Shown here piece after piece: positions 9,801-19,376 of a stretch of DNA of 32,000 nt; position 1 is the first letter of the stretch, and every line of letters begins with the position of its first letter. The notes below the pieces were generated by a model that was given only the letters and a program-made list of their open reading frames with translations, was not told where the DNA came from and did no database searches. The translations under genes were made by a program, and so were the position numbers. The DNA lies in the sequence record CM051313.1; one strand, given 5' to 3'.

Positions 9801-12391
9801 GTTTTTTTCCACGTCCTGTGTGGTTAAGATCACGTATGTTTTTAAATTTTTTAACAGAAAGAAATAAATATTATTTAAATTCAACTATAACAAAACAAGG
9901 TTTTTCACTTCCAAGCAAAGACGTTGTTACTACTAAATTAGATTGGCTAAAAGAAGATATGCGTCGTCTTCCTCTTGGTGCATATCAATATAAAAGTTTA
10001 CTTACTCAAAAAGCAGGAAATAAATTTCAACGACAATCTTTTACAGAAGTTGTATCAACAATGGAATACATAAATGGAATACATAAAGCCCTAAACAATT
10101 CTATTTTTAATAAAATAGTCCGTAAATCGCTTTTATCTTCAAGCCAAAACCCTTTAAAACTGCGTTTAGTGGCTAACTATTCAAAAATGCAATTCATGCA
10201 CAGAGTGAAGTTGCCTTTTTATAGAACATTAAAACATTCAGAAGGAACTAAAAACCTTGCAAATAAAAAACAAAATTTACGTGATATTAAAATAAAAGCA
10301 AATTATAACAATTTTAAAAGTCAAAAAGCTAATAATCAACCACAACAAAACGATAAAGATAAAGATAAAGATACTATGTTTAGAGATTTTTGGGTTTGGT
10401 CGTATAATAATACCCAAACTAATGCTTTTAATCAAAATTTATGGTGGCTTTTACCGAATTTAACCACAAAACAAAGTAACTTAGAATTCCTTACTAGCAC
10501 TTATCCAACAGCAAAGGAAACTCAGAGAGCCAAAGAAGAGATACATGGCAACAGTATTCCAACTGCTTCAAAAAATCAAATTGCGCTTATAAGACTCAAT
10601 TGGGCATTAAATAAAACAAATATAAATACATTTACTGATTATAGTAAACGTAATAATCTTTGGACCACTCAAAAATTACGTAATCAAAGTAAAAATAATA
10701 AAACAAAATCCTTAGAAAAACAATTTATTACAAACTGGGAAAAATTTTTCTTAAATAAAAATTTAAATATATTTTCTAAAAAAATAATAAGTAAAGTAAA
10801 ACAAAAGAAACAAAAATTAAATTATATGACAAGTTATTTAAATGTTCAATCTGAACATAATTTTAAGATCTTTCATAATTCATGGTGGACTCATTTAAAT
10901 ATTAAAAATTTAGTAAATAATCAAGATATGGTTATACCCGTGAGAGAAGGGTATTTCTCGGTTGGGAACTTTAATTCAGAGTTTATAAATTCAGCTATAA
11001 TCAAATCAATAAATAACAAAACCTTAGTCGAAAATTATGTATATTCACCTTCAAGTGAAAAAGAAACCATGCAACTTTTATTAATGAGTAGCAGTATTCT
11101 TTTACATTTATGTGCTATTATTTCTTTAGTGAGTATTAGCCAAGTACGTTGTTTTGTTAAATTTCATTTAATTTTATTATATAAATTATCAAACGTTTAT
11201 AATGCAATTTTAAATCAATTATCAAACAAACTTCAAAAAAACTTACCAATTTATAATAACATAAATAAATTAAATTCACGTTACTTTTATATGAATCATC
11301 AAAAATCACAAATAAAACAACGAAAAAAATTATTAACTTATTTTAGTCTTACATTATTAAAAAAACAGTTTGTAACAGTAAAACCATTACAAATACGTAA
11401 TTTCGCTTCTACTAAAAACCAATCGTCTAACAACAGCAATTTAACTTACACTGATATGCTTCCTCTTTCCCTTAGAGCAAATAAATTCCGTGGATCTAAA
11501 TATGATATTTCTATACGCGAAGAGGAAGGTCAAAGTGCCCATATTAAACCATCCAAATCAATGTATGCTAAATTAAATATTTTAAGTTTAAAAACAATCT
11601 TTTTAAAACAACTTTTAATGCATAAAAAACCTTCTGCATTACCTTCCAATGTTGGCTTAAAGTCTAACAGGGAAACTCAAAAATCACAACTTATACAACG
11701 TATTAAAACAAAAGAACTACAAATTTCGCTTAAAAAAAATATAATAGGGTTTTCTAAAGTAACAAAAAATCATATTTTAAAAATTCTTTTTAATGTTATT
11801 GAAGTATTTCAAACAGCTGTACGTAATATTTCAAGTTTTTTTGAAAAACCTGCAGAATTTACCACAACATGGATTGCTTACGGTTTTTTAGTTGAATGGT
11901 CTTCAGATTTTATAACAATTATTCCTGAAAATGTAGATATTTATATTTGGAATGTTTTTTCAAAAATTTACCGTACTATACCACTCTCATTTATAAGTAC
12001 AACACTAGGACCAGCTAGCACAGTATTCGATCCTGTAACAAATTCAACAATACCTATTCAAATGGGGAATTTTAACTATCAAAAAATGGTGGCATTTCCA
12101 ATTTTATTAAGCCTTTCACATTTATTACATCGTCGTATCTTATATTTATTTGATACTTTATTTTCTACCATTACTCAACCAGATACTGATTTAATTGCTC
12201 GACAAGAAAAAGGTACATTATTTTGGGACATTTGGGCCGATTTTTTAGTAACTGCGGCAGATTATTATAATGTAAACGTAGCAGCTTTATCCACAATTAA
12301 AGCAGAACAAAATAGCTTAATTGAAAATATTTCAAACGATTTTGACAATTTAACTATGTCTTCAAAAAAAACCATTTTTTATGCCAAATAA
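6899..12391 (+). CDS. orf2971: orf2971 (Ycf2/FtsH-like giant chloroplast ORF), N-terminal 1830-codon segment, ending at a frameshift
   Basis: The ORF is 1830 aa and N/K/S-rich. It is contiguous with, and overlaps by 11 nt, the following ORF in the +1 frame. 6899..15815 is 8917 nt; removing one nucleotide gives 2972 codons (2971 aa plus stop), matching the size of the known C. reinhardtii orf2971. Confidence 0.8.
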   Translation: MTFLNHYTYLFSIPEKQADKVSGILRLAQARPIETLQNERINKQLNAFLKTYKFEKLITNYKKMQSFIPNNSLNGNKTNSSTNKLYATSLNVFPENPPLMVRKAVSDEADKFSKFTYSKVQVVTNNLNNGMNSKEFIKANNLKPSLRAAESLVLNHLTYNKFKENLYFKTNNIQPTKSKSTSLFFLNILSNSKPRTCSDFLSSPKIRKTWFRNTAWSLQTQQHRSSNGINLSLQLPYALGPSVPAGASGQNMYELPVAQSSSRFGTYYFLQKLLSKYLDVWNASADNGSVLSNSENIKLNFSMVSLLDSKMAIQTPNSLYFVFTQLNQKTFLSYWLLPVAGLALLTPTLLTLTGQSVSVQKFNSFINKKTDMMVLSNTEMPSKSFGTPTLFGTSVEIYLPNSYMPKGEGESGINRVNSSINAVKKNTVTANLVLDSESQEVATSFQNDLISIKYCFNNLYNYISNKTALSTKNLFLFSAIKSNATKHKSTQSFFSVENTTTLGNNSNFVKGHLKSSINAFSSYLPSTNVHSMIPLTSLPYLKAISPLYSKFMIDHSLKFITPKTTLKLLQHKLNKSPKQMYTKTQNFTGLRDLRALNSFSFGQVNFRTNHFLHSNSRPLNHYNQALKLINGYEQYKNNLQINCNKTLDLNTKNKLVYQVNKSHLFNQKCSQIVYKQSLYNRDLCTIRGTGTKVVDYFSHGDKLSNKNGIVLDYFVYSNLLFDNKTNTIINKDGKQNITKLKLNLTKTTVPFKTLIKKYTSINSLVANEQTRNNLNLGLIHFNGHLSVVSNANLLTGRPVKFIYYKFDKRLNSYLIYVNQNLKKFIQLNNNFLKPKPLSHQKNKPVEDFNQYATNNSSPPKTNVFEKSFVEDSSLRKPLTSLRGSKQFLNSLTILFKHQKMFKKKTLKAHKWHSDTQGIFRKHTNSSFGSANFSNGPEESSLSTRLHIQKKRKAKKQRLETRRQKKRTRFFPRPVWLRSRMFLNFLTERNKYYLNSTITKQGFSLPSKDVVTTKLDWLKEDMRRLPLGAYQYKSLLTQKAGNKFQRQSFTEVVSTMEYINGIHKALNNSIFNKIVRKSLLSSSQNPLKLRLVANYSKMQFMHRVKLPFYRTLKHSEGTKNLANKKQNLRDIKIKANYNNFKSQKANNQPQQNDKDKDKDTMFRDFWVWSYNNTQTNAFNQNLWWLLPNLTTKQSNLEFLTSTYPTAKETQRAKEEIHGNSIPTASKNQIALIRLNWALNKTNINTFTDYSKRNNLWTTQKLRNQSKNNKTKSLEKQFITNWEKFFLNKNLNIFSKKIISKVKQKKQKLNYMTSYLNVQSEHNFKIFHNSWWTHLNIKNLVNNQDMVIPVREGYFSVGNFNSEFINSAIIKSINNKTLVENYVYSPSSEKETMQLLLMSSSILLHLCAIISLVSISQVRCFVKFHLILLYKLSNVYNAILNQLSNKLQKNLPIYNNINKLNSRYFYMNHQKSQIKQRKKLLTYFSLTLLKKQFVTVKPLQIRNFASTKNQSSNNSNLTYTDMLPLSLRANKFRGSKYDISIREEEGQSAHIKPSKSMYAKLNILSLKTIFLKQLLMHKKPSALPSNVGLKSNRETQKSQLIQRIKTKELQISLKKNIIGFSKVTKNHILKILFNVIEVFQTAVRNISSFFEKPAEFTTTWIAYGFLVEWSSDFITIIPENVDIYIWNVFSKIYRTIPLSFISTTLGPASTVFDPVTNSTIPIQMGNFNYQKMVAFPILLSLSHLLHRRILYLFDTLFSTITQPDTDLIARQEKGTLFWDIWADFLVTAADYYNVNVAALSTIKAEQNSLIENISNDFDNLTMSSKKTIFYAK

Positions 12392-15300
12392 GGGTGTTTC
12401 AAATATTAAAAACATTTTTTGGATAAAGAAACTTAAAGAACCACAACTTCCAGAAAGTATAGTACAAAATCGAGAAGTTTTTGTAAGAGAACGTAAACGT
12501 ACTCTGAAGGGATTATTTAATATTTATGCGCCACAAGAAGAAACATTATGGAACAATCCAACTTCTCCAAAAAATCTTAGTGATGAAAAAATATCATTTA
12601 AATTATTTAATCAATTAAATCTACAATTATTTGCAGAGAAAAATAAAATTAAACCTTATTTTGAGGCATATTTTTCAACTACACAACAAAAAACAAATAT
12701 AATGCAATCTGCGTTTCCAGAAGCAAATTTAAATAGATGGTCTGTGAATCAATTTATTACATATCAATCATGGCATAGTCATAATGGTAGTAATAATTCA
12801 AATGGTGATTTATTTATTGATTATCACCCACCAAAAACTTTTTCACATATTCCTGCTTTAAAATATAATAGTATTTTACAACAACCTATAGGTTCTTTAG
12901 TTTGCCAAATCTATTCTGGCCTTTTTAATAAACAAATTTCTAAAAATATTTTATTAGTTAACCCAAAAACAACAAGTAACAATTTAGTTGATTATAATGT
13001 ATTATTAATTCAAGCTTTAGCTGGTGAAACAGAAATGAAAATTATTACAGATAATGCTCAACGTTATGCTTTAGTAAATCGTGGTTTTGCCATTGGTATT
13101 AAATTATTACGTGAAGTTTTTGATGCTATTGCCTTAAATACACCTTGTATCTTCTTATTAGAGGATATTCATGCTATTGGTGAACGTCGACCCATGTTAA
13201 TATCAGATTTTGGCGGTGGTATGTCAGATGATAATGGGTCGTTTAAAGAAGATTTTTTTGGTAGTCAGCGTGATGAAGTGCATGAAAAAAACCAAGTTGT
13301 ATATCAATTAACACGTCATGCTATTACACATTATAAAAAACCATTCAAAGGCGATTATTCACTAGCTATTCCCACTAATTTATATGTAACCGATTTATTT
13401 TTAAAATTACCAACACAATCAATAAGTAATTTAACTAATGTAGAAAATCATAATTTATCCATTAAGAATAAAATTCAACATAATGGCACACAAAGTTTAA
13501 CCGAAACTAAACGTAATTTAGGTGGTGATATTAATAAGAATTCTTATTTACAATTAACACAATTTACAAAAACATTAGCTCCACCTAGTACTTCGCCGTT
13601 TTCAGTTTTATTATTAAAAGAAGAAAAACGATTAAAACCAAATAAGATTGTGGAAGAACTTCCATGGACAAGTTTACCTGGCGAACAATTAGCCACAAAA
13701 CCACGTACGTCTTATTCAGTTCGTGCTAAAGTAGCCATGTTAGCTGAATTATCATTATCAAATTTATCAGCAAAATTAGACATGATTACAGATTTACTTG
13801 TTATTATCGATAGTGTTCGAAGTAATAAAGGATTTGTCGTATTCGCAACAACAGATATTCCACATGTTTTAGACCCTGCATTACGTCGACCAGGACGTTT
13901 GGATGAAACCATTTGTTTACCTAATATTCATACTAGCAATATTTTAAATTTTACAAAAAACTATGAAATTTTTAAATCTGCAAAAGACACTTCCAATTTT
14001 GGTAAAAAAATAATCTTAAATGAAATGCAAAATTTAACAACTACGTCTACACAGAGAGATATGTATCTTAGTTGCTTACCAACTAACAATCAAACCCATA
14101 AAACAAAACGTGAAGGCGTATTAACAATGAATTTAAAAGATTATAATATTCTTTTAAATCAAGTTTATTTTGCCGAAGGCACAGGTGGTATATTAAATTC
14201 ACAAATGCATAAAGACTCTTTACAGAAAAGTTTAAATTTTGCTTTAATTTCACATTCAAAAAAATTAAAAGAACTCAATGTTTCTAAATTGATTGGTTCG
14301 AATGGGACCGTTTCACAGGGTAATGTTGACCAATTAGGTGTTTTTGCTGGTCAGATTGTCAACAAGCAAAAAAAATCGCTTCAACAACACTTACCTAATT
14401 CAAAAAAGAGTTTCAAGCAAAAATATAAAGATAAAGCCATTATTTATTATGAAGTTGGCAAATTTGTATTAAATTATTTTTTAAATAATCAGTTAACTCA
14501 ATCGTCTATCATAGATAAACCTGTAAGCGTAACAAATAAGCAAACCAACGATATTACTATTTTTGGTAATGATTTTTTAAATTTAAAAACAATAAATTAT
14601 TTAAGTTTATATAATTCAAAAAATAAAATTTTATTACAACTAATGTTAATTTTTGGAGGTAAAATTAGTCAATTATTAAGTTCAAAAAATTTAGTTAAAT
14701 CTTTAAAGCAAGCATCGATTAATAGTTATATGGTCGAAGAGGAAAGTGGGTCCATTTCCTCTGCTGGAATGCCTCTCGGGCAAACCCACCTTTTACCTAA
14801 AGCTTTATCAGTATTAGCTAAACCTATGATTTTTAGTGACGGTTATAACAATCAAAATTTAAAAACAGCTACAACATTACTTTTATCATTTATTCATAAA
14901 CGTTATTTATATAGAAAAAATTTAATTGTACCAAAACTATTAAGTTTTGCTGATGGTAATATTTTAGATGAACCACCATCTCCACCTTTCTCTAGTTTAT
15001 TAATCCCAGCCAAACGTTTTGAAAATTATAAACGTTTCTTCCGAGATACCTTAACTGGTGATAAAATGGGACAACGCAAATCCCAAATAACATTACTGGA
15101 AAAACTTCAATATCATATGCAATTACGTTCTATTAAACAATTAAATGCTACGTTTAGTAGTCAAGAAAATTTAGATTTTCAATCTAACGCGGCACTAACA
15201 AGCCAAAAATTAGATACATTAATGTCTTTATCAACAAATAATTTATTACAAAATCCAACCAATATTAATTGGTATTATCAAAATCGTATTTTAAAACGTC

Positions 15301-15815
15301 ATGGTCAATATTTAACAAATCAGTGGTGGAATGGTCAATTATCAGAACATAATGCTGAAACTGTTTTTTTAAGTGATATTGATTGGCGATCAAGTTTTAT
15401 TAAAAATAAAAATATCAATATAACAAAATCAAAAAATCTGTATAGATTAACACAACAAAAAAATAACACTGATGGACTTGATGTATTATTAGATTTTCCT
15501 GATACTGATCAATATTATAATCCAAAGCGTCGTCGTTGGTTACTAAACAATGGTTCATGGAATTTTTGGTTTAATTTTGATAAATTGTATTCAGAAGAAA
15601 TTGTGACAACATGGATCTTAGAAAGTTTAATTCAAACATATAAATACCTACACAAGAATACAGAATTATTAGATTTTGTTACAAATAAATTTATTACTTT
15701 AGGTTATATTGCTCCAGAAAATGCTAATTTACAAAATATCTCTGGCTTCCCTAGTCAAAGTGAATTACTTTCTACAAAAGAAATCATACTAACAAATAGT
15801 TTTAAGCGTTTTTAG
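12381..15815 (+). CDS. orf2971: orf2971, C-terminal 1144-codon segment carrying the degenerate FtsH-like AAA+ module
   Basis: Contains CIFLLEDIHAIGERR (Walker B-like), FVVFATTDIPHVLDPALRRPGRLDET (FtsH second region of homology) and IIYYEVGKFV in place of the FtsH HEAGH motif. This frame is already open from 12354, so the listed ATG is probably not a real start. Confidence 0.8.
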   Translation: MPNKGVSNIKNIFWIKKLKEPQLPESIVQNREVFVRERKRTLKGLFNIYAPQEETLWNNPTSPKNLSDEKISFKLFNQLNLQLFAEKNKIKPYFEAYFSTTQQKTNIMQSAFPEANLNRWSVNQFITYQSWHSHNGSNNSNGDLFIDYHPPKTFSHIPALKYNSILQQPIGSLVCQIYSGLFNKQISKNILLVNPKTTSNNLVDYNVLLIQALAGETEMKIITDNAQRYALVNRGFAIGIKLLREVFDAIALNTPCIFLLEDIHAIGERRPMLISDFGGGMSDDNGSFKEDFFGSQRDEVHEKNQVVYQLTRHAITHYKKPFKGDYSLAIPTNLYVTDLFLKLPTQSISNLTNVENHNLSIKNKIQHNGTQSLTETKRNLGGDINKNSYLQLTQFTKTLAPPSTSPFSVLLLKEEKRLKPNKIVEELPWTSLPGEQLATKPRTSYSVRAKVAMLAELSLSNLSAKLDMITDLLVIIDSVRSNKGFVVFATTDIPHVLDPALRRPGRLDETICLPNIHTSNILNFTKNYEIFKSAKDTSNFGKKIILNEMQNLTTTSTQRDMYLSCLPTNNQTHKTKREGVLTMNLKDYNILLNQVYFAEGTGGILNSQMHKDSLQKSLNFALISHSKKLKELNVSKLIGSNGTVSQGNVDQLGVFAGQIVNKQKKSLQQHLPNSKKSFKQKYKDKAIIYYEVGKFVLNYFLNNQLTQSSIIDKPVSVTNKQTNDITIFGNDFLNLKTINYLSLYNSKNKILLQLMLIFGGKISQLLSSKNLVKSLKQASINSYMVEEESGSISSAGMPLGQTHLLPKALSVLAKPMIFSDGYNNQNLKTATTLLLSFIHKRYLYRKNLIVPKLLSFADGNILDEPPSPPFSSLLIPAKRFENYKRFFRDTLTGDKMGQRKSQITLLEKLQYHMQLRSIKQLNATFSSQENLDFQSNAALTSQKLDTLMSLSTNNLLQNPTNINWYYQNRILKRHGQYLTNQWWNGQLSEHNAETVFLSDIDWRSSFIKNKNINITKSKNLYRLTQQKNNTDGLDVLLDFPDTDQYYNPKRRRWLLNNGSWNFWFNFDKLYSEEIVTTWILESLIQTYKYLHKNTELLDFVTNKFITLGYIAPENANLQNISGFPSQSELLSTKEIILTNSFKRF

Positions 15816-16189
15816 TAATATTTAAACAGTATTAATAAAACATACGGCAGCTTCTAACTGCACCATGTGAATACTATTTCTTGTGCTAGTTACTCTCACT
15901 CCGCTTCGTTATTGTGTAGCCCTGTAAGGAACGTCCAACTAACCATATCTATATCCCTAATAAATTATCTTCCCCGAGAAAGAGTAAAATTAGGGTCTGT
16001 AGATATAAGGGCTGCACGATAGCGTAAACAACACCAATAAAAGTAAGCCATTTCATGGTTATACTGCTCATGGACAAAAAAATTGAATAACTTGCAAATT
16101 ATAATGACGAGGGTTAAGCAATGGTACACTCATGGTGGCAAGTTCGATAAACTTTAGTTACCCGAAGGGGTTTACATTAAAAATTTTTT

Positions 16190-16757
16190 TCATATAATAA
16201 TAAATAAAAATATTTTAAGTGTTACAAAGAAATTGAATTTAATCTCAAAATACATTTTTGAAATTTTTTTATATTATTTTTTAGTATCTAAAAAAAAGCA
16301 TTTGCTATTAGTAGGACAGTTGTCATGTTAATGGAGCTTACTTTACCTTAGTATATAAGGTAATTTAAATATAAAAAGATTTAAAATTTTGTTTTTAATT
16401 AACAATTAAAAACGATTAAGTTGTTTTAAATCAACTTTATTTAATAAATATGATCTAAATTATTTTTAAAATTACTTTCCAACTGCAATTTTTAGCACAA
16501 ATAAATTAGATCATATTTAAAATACAAGTTATAAAATTCTATTCTTAAAAACAACATTATTTTTACTCTGTGTTTTAAAAATGTTGGAGATAAGCTTTTG
16601 TCCTTAATTCTTTTGGATTAATATGGTACAAGAGGATTTTTGTTGTTAAAGGTTTCACCATATTTATTATTTATATGGGTGGACGTTAAAAATTAAAAAT
16701 TTTTATTTAAGCAAAACTTTATAGAAATCAAAATAATTTGTACGGAGGTAATGCAAA
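16190..16757 (+). promoter_or_regulatory. psbC: psbC promoter candidate and long 5' UTR, including a long-range stem (16446..16465 with 16499..16518) and a GGAGG at 16744..16748
   Basis: TATAAT at 16193..16198. There are 20-nt inverted arms, aaatatgatctaaattattt / aaataaattagatcatattt, with 1 mismatch. The SD-like GGAGG lies 9 nt before the GTG start. A leader of roughly 550 nt with a central stem-loop needed for translation is established for C. reinhardtii psbC (recalled, not verified here). Confidence 0.5.
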
Positions 16758-18143
16758 GTGGAAACACTTTTTAATGGAACACTTACAGTAGGTGGCCGTG
16801 ACCAAGAAACAACAGGTTTTGCTTGGTGGTCAGGTAACGCACGTCTTATTAACCTTTCAGGTAAACTTTTAGGTGCTCACGTAGCTCACGCGGGTCTAAT
16901 TGTTTTCTGGGCAGGTGCTATGAACTTATTCGAAGTATCACACTTCGTACCAGAAAAACCAATGTATGAACAAGGTTTAATTCTTTTACCACACATCGCA
17001 ACTTTAGGTTACGGTGTAGGTCCAGGTGGTGAAATTATTGATACATTCCCGTACTTTGTATCAGGTGTTTTACACTTAATTTCATCAGCTGTTTTAGGTT
17101 TTGGTGGTGTATATCACTCATTAATTGGTCCTGAAACATTAGAAGAATCATACCCATTCTTTGGTTATGTTTGGAAAGACAAAAACAAAATGACTAACAT
17201 TTTAGGTTACCACCTTATCATGTTAGGCTTAGGTGCATGGTTACTTGTTTGGAAAGCTATGTACTTTGGTGGTGTTTACGATACTTGGGCTCCAGGTGGT
17301 GGTGACGTTCGTGTTATTACTAACCCAACAACAAATGCTGCTGTTATTTTTGGTTACCTTGTAAAATCTCCATTTGGTGGTGACGGTTGGATTTGTAGCG
17401 TTGATAATATGGAAGATATTATCGGTGGTCACATTTGGATCGGTACTTTAGAAATCCTTGGTGGTATTTGGCACATTTATACAACTCCATGGCCATGGGC
17501 ACGTCGTGCTTTCGTTTGGTCTGGTGAAGCTTACCTATCTTACAGTCTTGGTGCTATTGGTGTAATGGGCTTCATTGCTTGTTGTATGTCTTGGTTCAAC
17601 AATACTGCTTACCCAAGTGAATTCTACGGTCCAACTGGTCCAGAAGCAAGTCAATCTCAAGCCTTCACTTTCTTAGTACGTGACCAACGTTTAGGTGCTA
17701 ACGTAGCTTCTGCACAAGGTCCTACAGGTTTAGGTAAATACTTAATGCGTTCTCCAACAGGTGAAATCATTTTCGGTGGTGAAACTATGCGTTTCTGGGA
17801 CTTCCGTGGTCCATGGTTAGAACCTCTACGTGGTCCAAACGGTTTAGACTTAAACAAACTTAAAAATGATATTCAACCTTGGCAAGAACGTCGTGCTGCT
17901 GAATACATGACTCACGCTCCTCTAGGTTCATTAAACTCTGTAGGTGGTGTTGCTACTGAAATTAACGCAGTTAACTTCGTATCTCCACGTTCATGGTTAG
18001 CTTGTTCACACTTCTGTTTAGGTTTCTTCTTCTTCATCGGTCACTTATGGCACGCAGGTCGTGCACGTGCTGCTGCTGCTGGTTTCGAAAAAGGTATCGA
18101 CCGTTTCGACGAACCAGTTCTTTCAATGCGTCCTTTAGACTAA
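16758..18143 (+). CDS. psbC: Photosystem II CP43 chlorophyll apoprotein, GTG start
   Basis: The 461-aa ORF ([59 protein letters not shown]...) is canonical CP43. The first codon is GTG at 16758, and there is no in-frame ATG nearby. Confidence 0.97.
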   Translation: METLFNGTLTVGGRDQETTGFAWWSGNARLINLSGKLLGAHVAHAGLIVFWAGAMNLFEVSHFVPEKPMYEQGLILLPHIATLGYGVGPGGEIIDTFPYFVSGVLHLISSAVLGFGGVYHSLIGPETLEESYPFFGYVWKDKNKMTNILGYHLIMLGLGAWLLVWKAMYFGGVYDTWAPGGGDVRVITNPTTNAAVIFGYLVKSPFGGDGWICSVDNMEDIIGGHIWIGTLEILGGIWHIYTTPWPWARRAFVWSGEAYLSYSLGAIGVMGFIACCMSWFNNTAYPSEFYGPTGPEASQSQAFTFLVRDQRLGANVASAQGPTGLGKYLMRSPTGEIIFGGETMRFWDFRGPWLEPLRGPNGLDLNKLKNDIQPWQERRAAEYMTHAPLGSLNSVGGVATEINAVNFVSPRSWLACSHFCLGFFFFIGHLWHAGRARAAAAGFEKGIDRFDEPVLSMRPLD

Positions 18144-18157
18144 TTTTTATTATTATT

Positions 18158-18192
18158 AAAATTGGGTTGTTACCATGTAACAACCCAATTTT
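18158..18192 (+). terminator. 3' stem-loop downstream of psbC (16-bp arms aaaattgggttgttac / gtaacaacccaatttt)
   Basis: Perfect inverted repeat 15 nt past the psbC stop. Confidence 0.65.
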
Positions 18193-18343
18193 ACAACTAT
18201 CAGATTTGTTATTTACTAACAAACCATTGAAATCGCTCACCTGACATGGAAAATGCCAATCTTTTTAATAACTTTATAGCATTTTCTATTCTAGACAGAA
18301 TCCAAAAAATATGATAAAATTTATTATAATTTTTAATAAAAAT

Positions 18344-18416
18344 GGCGGGCGTAGCCAAGTGGTAAGGCAGTGGATTGTGACTCCACTATTCGCGGGTTCG
18401 AACCCCGTCGTTCGCC
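18344..18416 (+). tRNA. trnH: tRNA-His (GUG), with the extra 5' G(-1)
   Basis: Manual cloverleaf fold. Acceptor GCGGGCG/CGTTCGC preceded by G-1 opposite discriminator C; anticodon arm GTGGA-TTGTGAC-TCCAC; T-loop GTTCGAA. Confidence 0.88.
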
Positions 18417-18554
18417 TATTAATTTATCTGCTCTGAAGGAGTATTGTTAACATACAGACAACCCAAAGGTTGTCTGCGTTAGTAGACAAAAAATCGAAAA
18501 TAAGTTATAATTATTATAAAAATCTAAGTTGTACTTAGATTTCTTTTTCTTAGT

Positions 18555-18628
18555 AGCAGGGTAGAGCAGTCTGGTAGCTCGTGGGGCTCATAATCCTGAG
18601 GTCGCAGGTTCAAATCCTGCCCCTGCCA
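18555..18628 (+). tRNA. trnfM: tRNA-Met (CAU), initiator-type (tRNA-fMet)
   Basis: Manual fold. D arm GAGC-AGTCTGGTA-GCTC, anticodon loop CTCATAA, T arm GCAGG-TTCAAAT-CCTGC. Positions 1 and 72 are an A.C mismatch. The body (GTAGAGCAGT.TGGTAGCTCG...GGCTCATAA...GAGGTC...GGTTCAAATCC) closely resembles plastid initiator tRNAs as I remember them. Confidence 0.75.
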
Positions 18629-18631
18629 TAA

Positions 18632-18676
18632 ATAAAATTTATACACAATATAAAATTTATACACAATATAAAATTT
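18632..18676. repeat. Tandem 18-bp repeat (ataaaatttatacacaat), 2.5 copies
   Basis: Read directly. It begins immediately 3' of trnfM. Confidence 0.85.
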
Positions 18677-19376
18677 CTATATATTTTTCTAACCAATTTG
18701 GCATTGGATAGTGATTCTTTTAATTGTTTAAAAGGTAAACTTTCAATTCATGTTGCCTCCTCTTTCTTTCAAACCTATAAATCCAGATATTTATTTACCT
18801 TGAAGTGAAATACTGCACAATTTTTTTTAAGGCAACAGGCACTTTATTAAATGTATGGAAGGGGTTTATTTCCAGATATGTGCCTTAAAAGTATAAAGTC
18901 GACTAGATCCATATTTTTTTTGGGTACATCAACTTTAATTCCTTCTTGCCTGTAGTGGAAACTGTTCAGTTAATAATATACCATTTAATTTACTAGTATT
19001 TTAATATCATTAGGCAGCAATATTTATATTCTTGTTAGCTAAAAGCATCCCTTATTAGTTATTTGCATAGAGTAAGTATTTAACAAAATTTAATATGTAC
19101 GATGATACACTTGAGGTATGTCTTTACGCAATATGCAAACATCCCGCATGGAACAACCAAAGGTTATGTGTTAGTTAGTGTAAAAATATTTATATACTCC
19201 GATCTGTATATTCCCGGAAGGGGAAAGAGAACAGCAAAACGAGCTTAATAAGAGAACTTACTATTAACATTAATAAGTTACATTAGAAAAGTTATATATC
19301 TAAAAAAACTTGTCAAAACTTTTTTTTTATTATATATTTATATATATAGAAAAAATCGCTATCTTATATAAATTAA

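Noticed and set aside
12354-12391. Programmed ribosomal frameshifting as the explanation for the orf2971 split.
   Set aside because: I cannot identify a recognised slippery heptamer with a downstream stimulatory structure. A homopolymer-length error or polymorphism is the more economical explanation. It is reported as something to check, not as a claim.
15840-16140. tscA, the trans-acting RNA for psaA intron 1 splicing.
   Set aside because: I see no group II domain II/III-like structure. As I recall, tscA maps elsewhere in the plastome, next to chlN.
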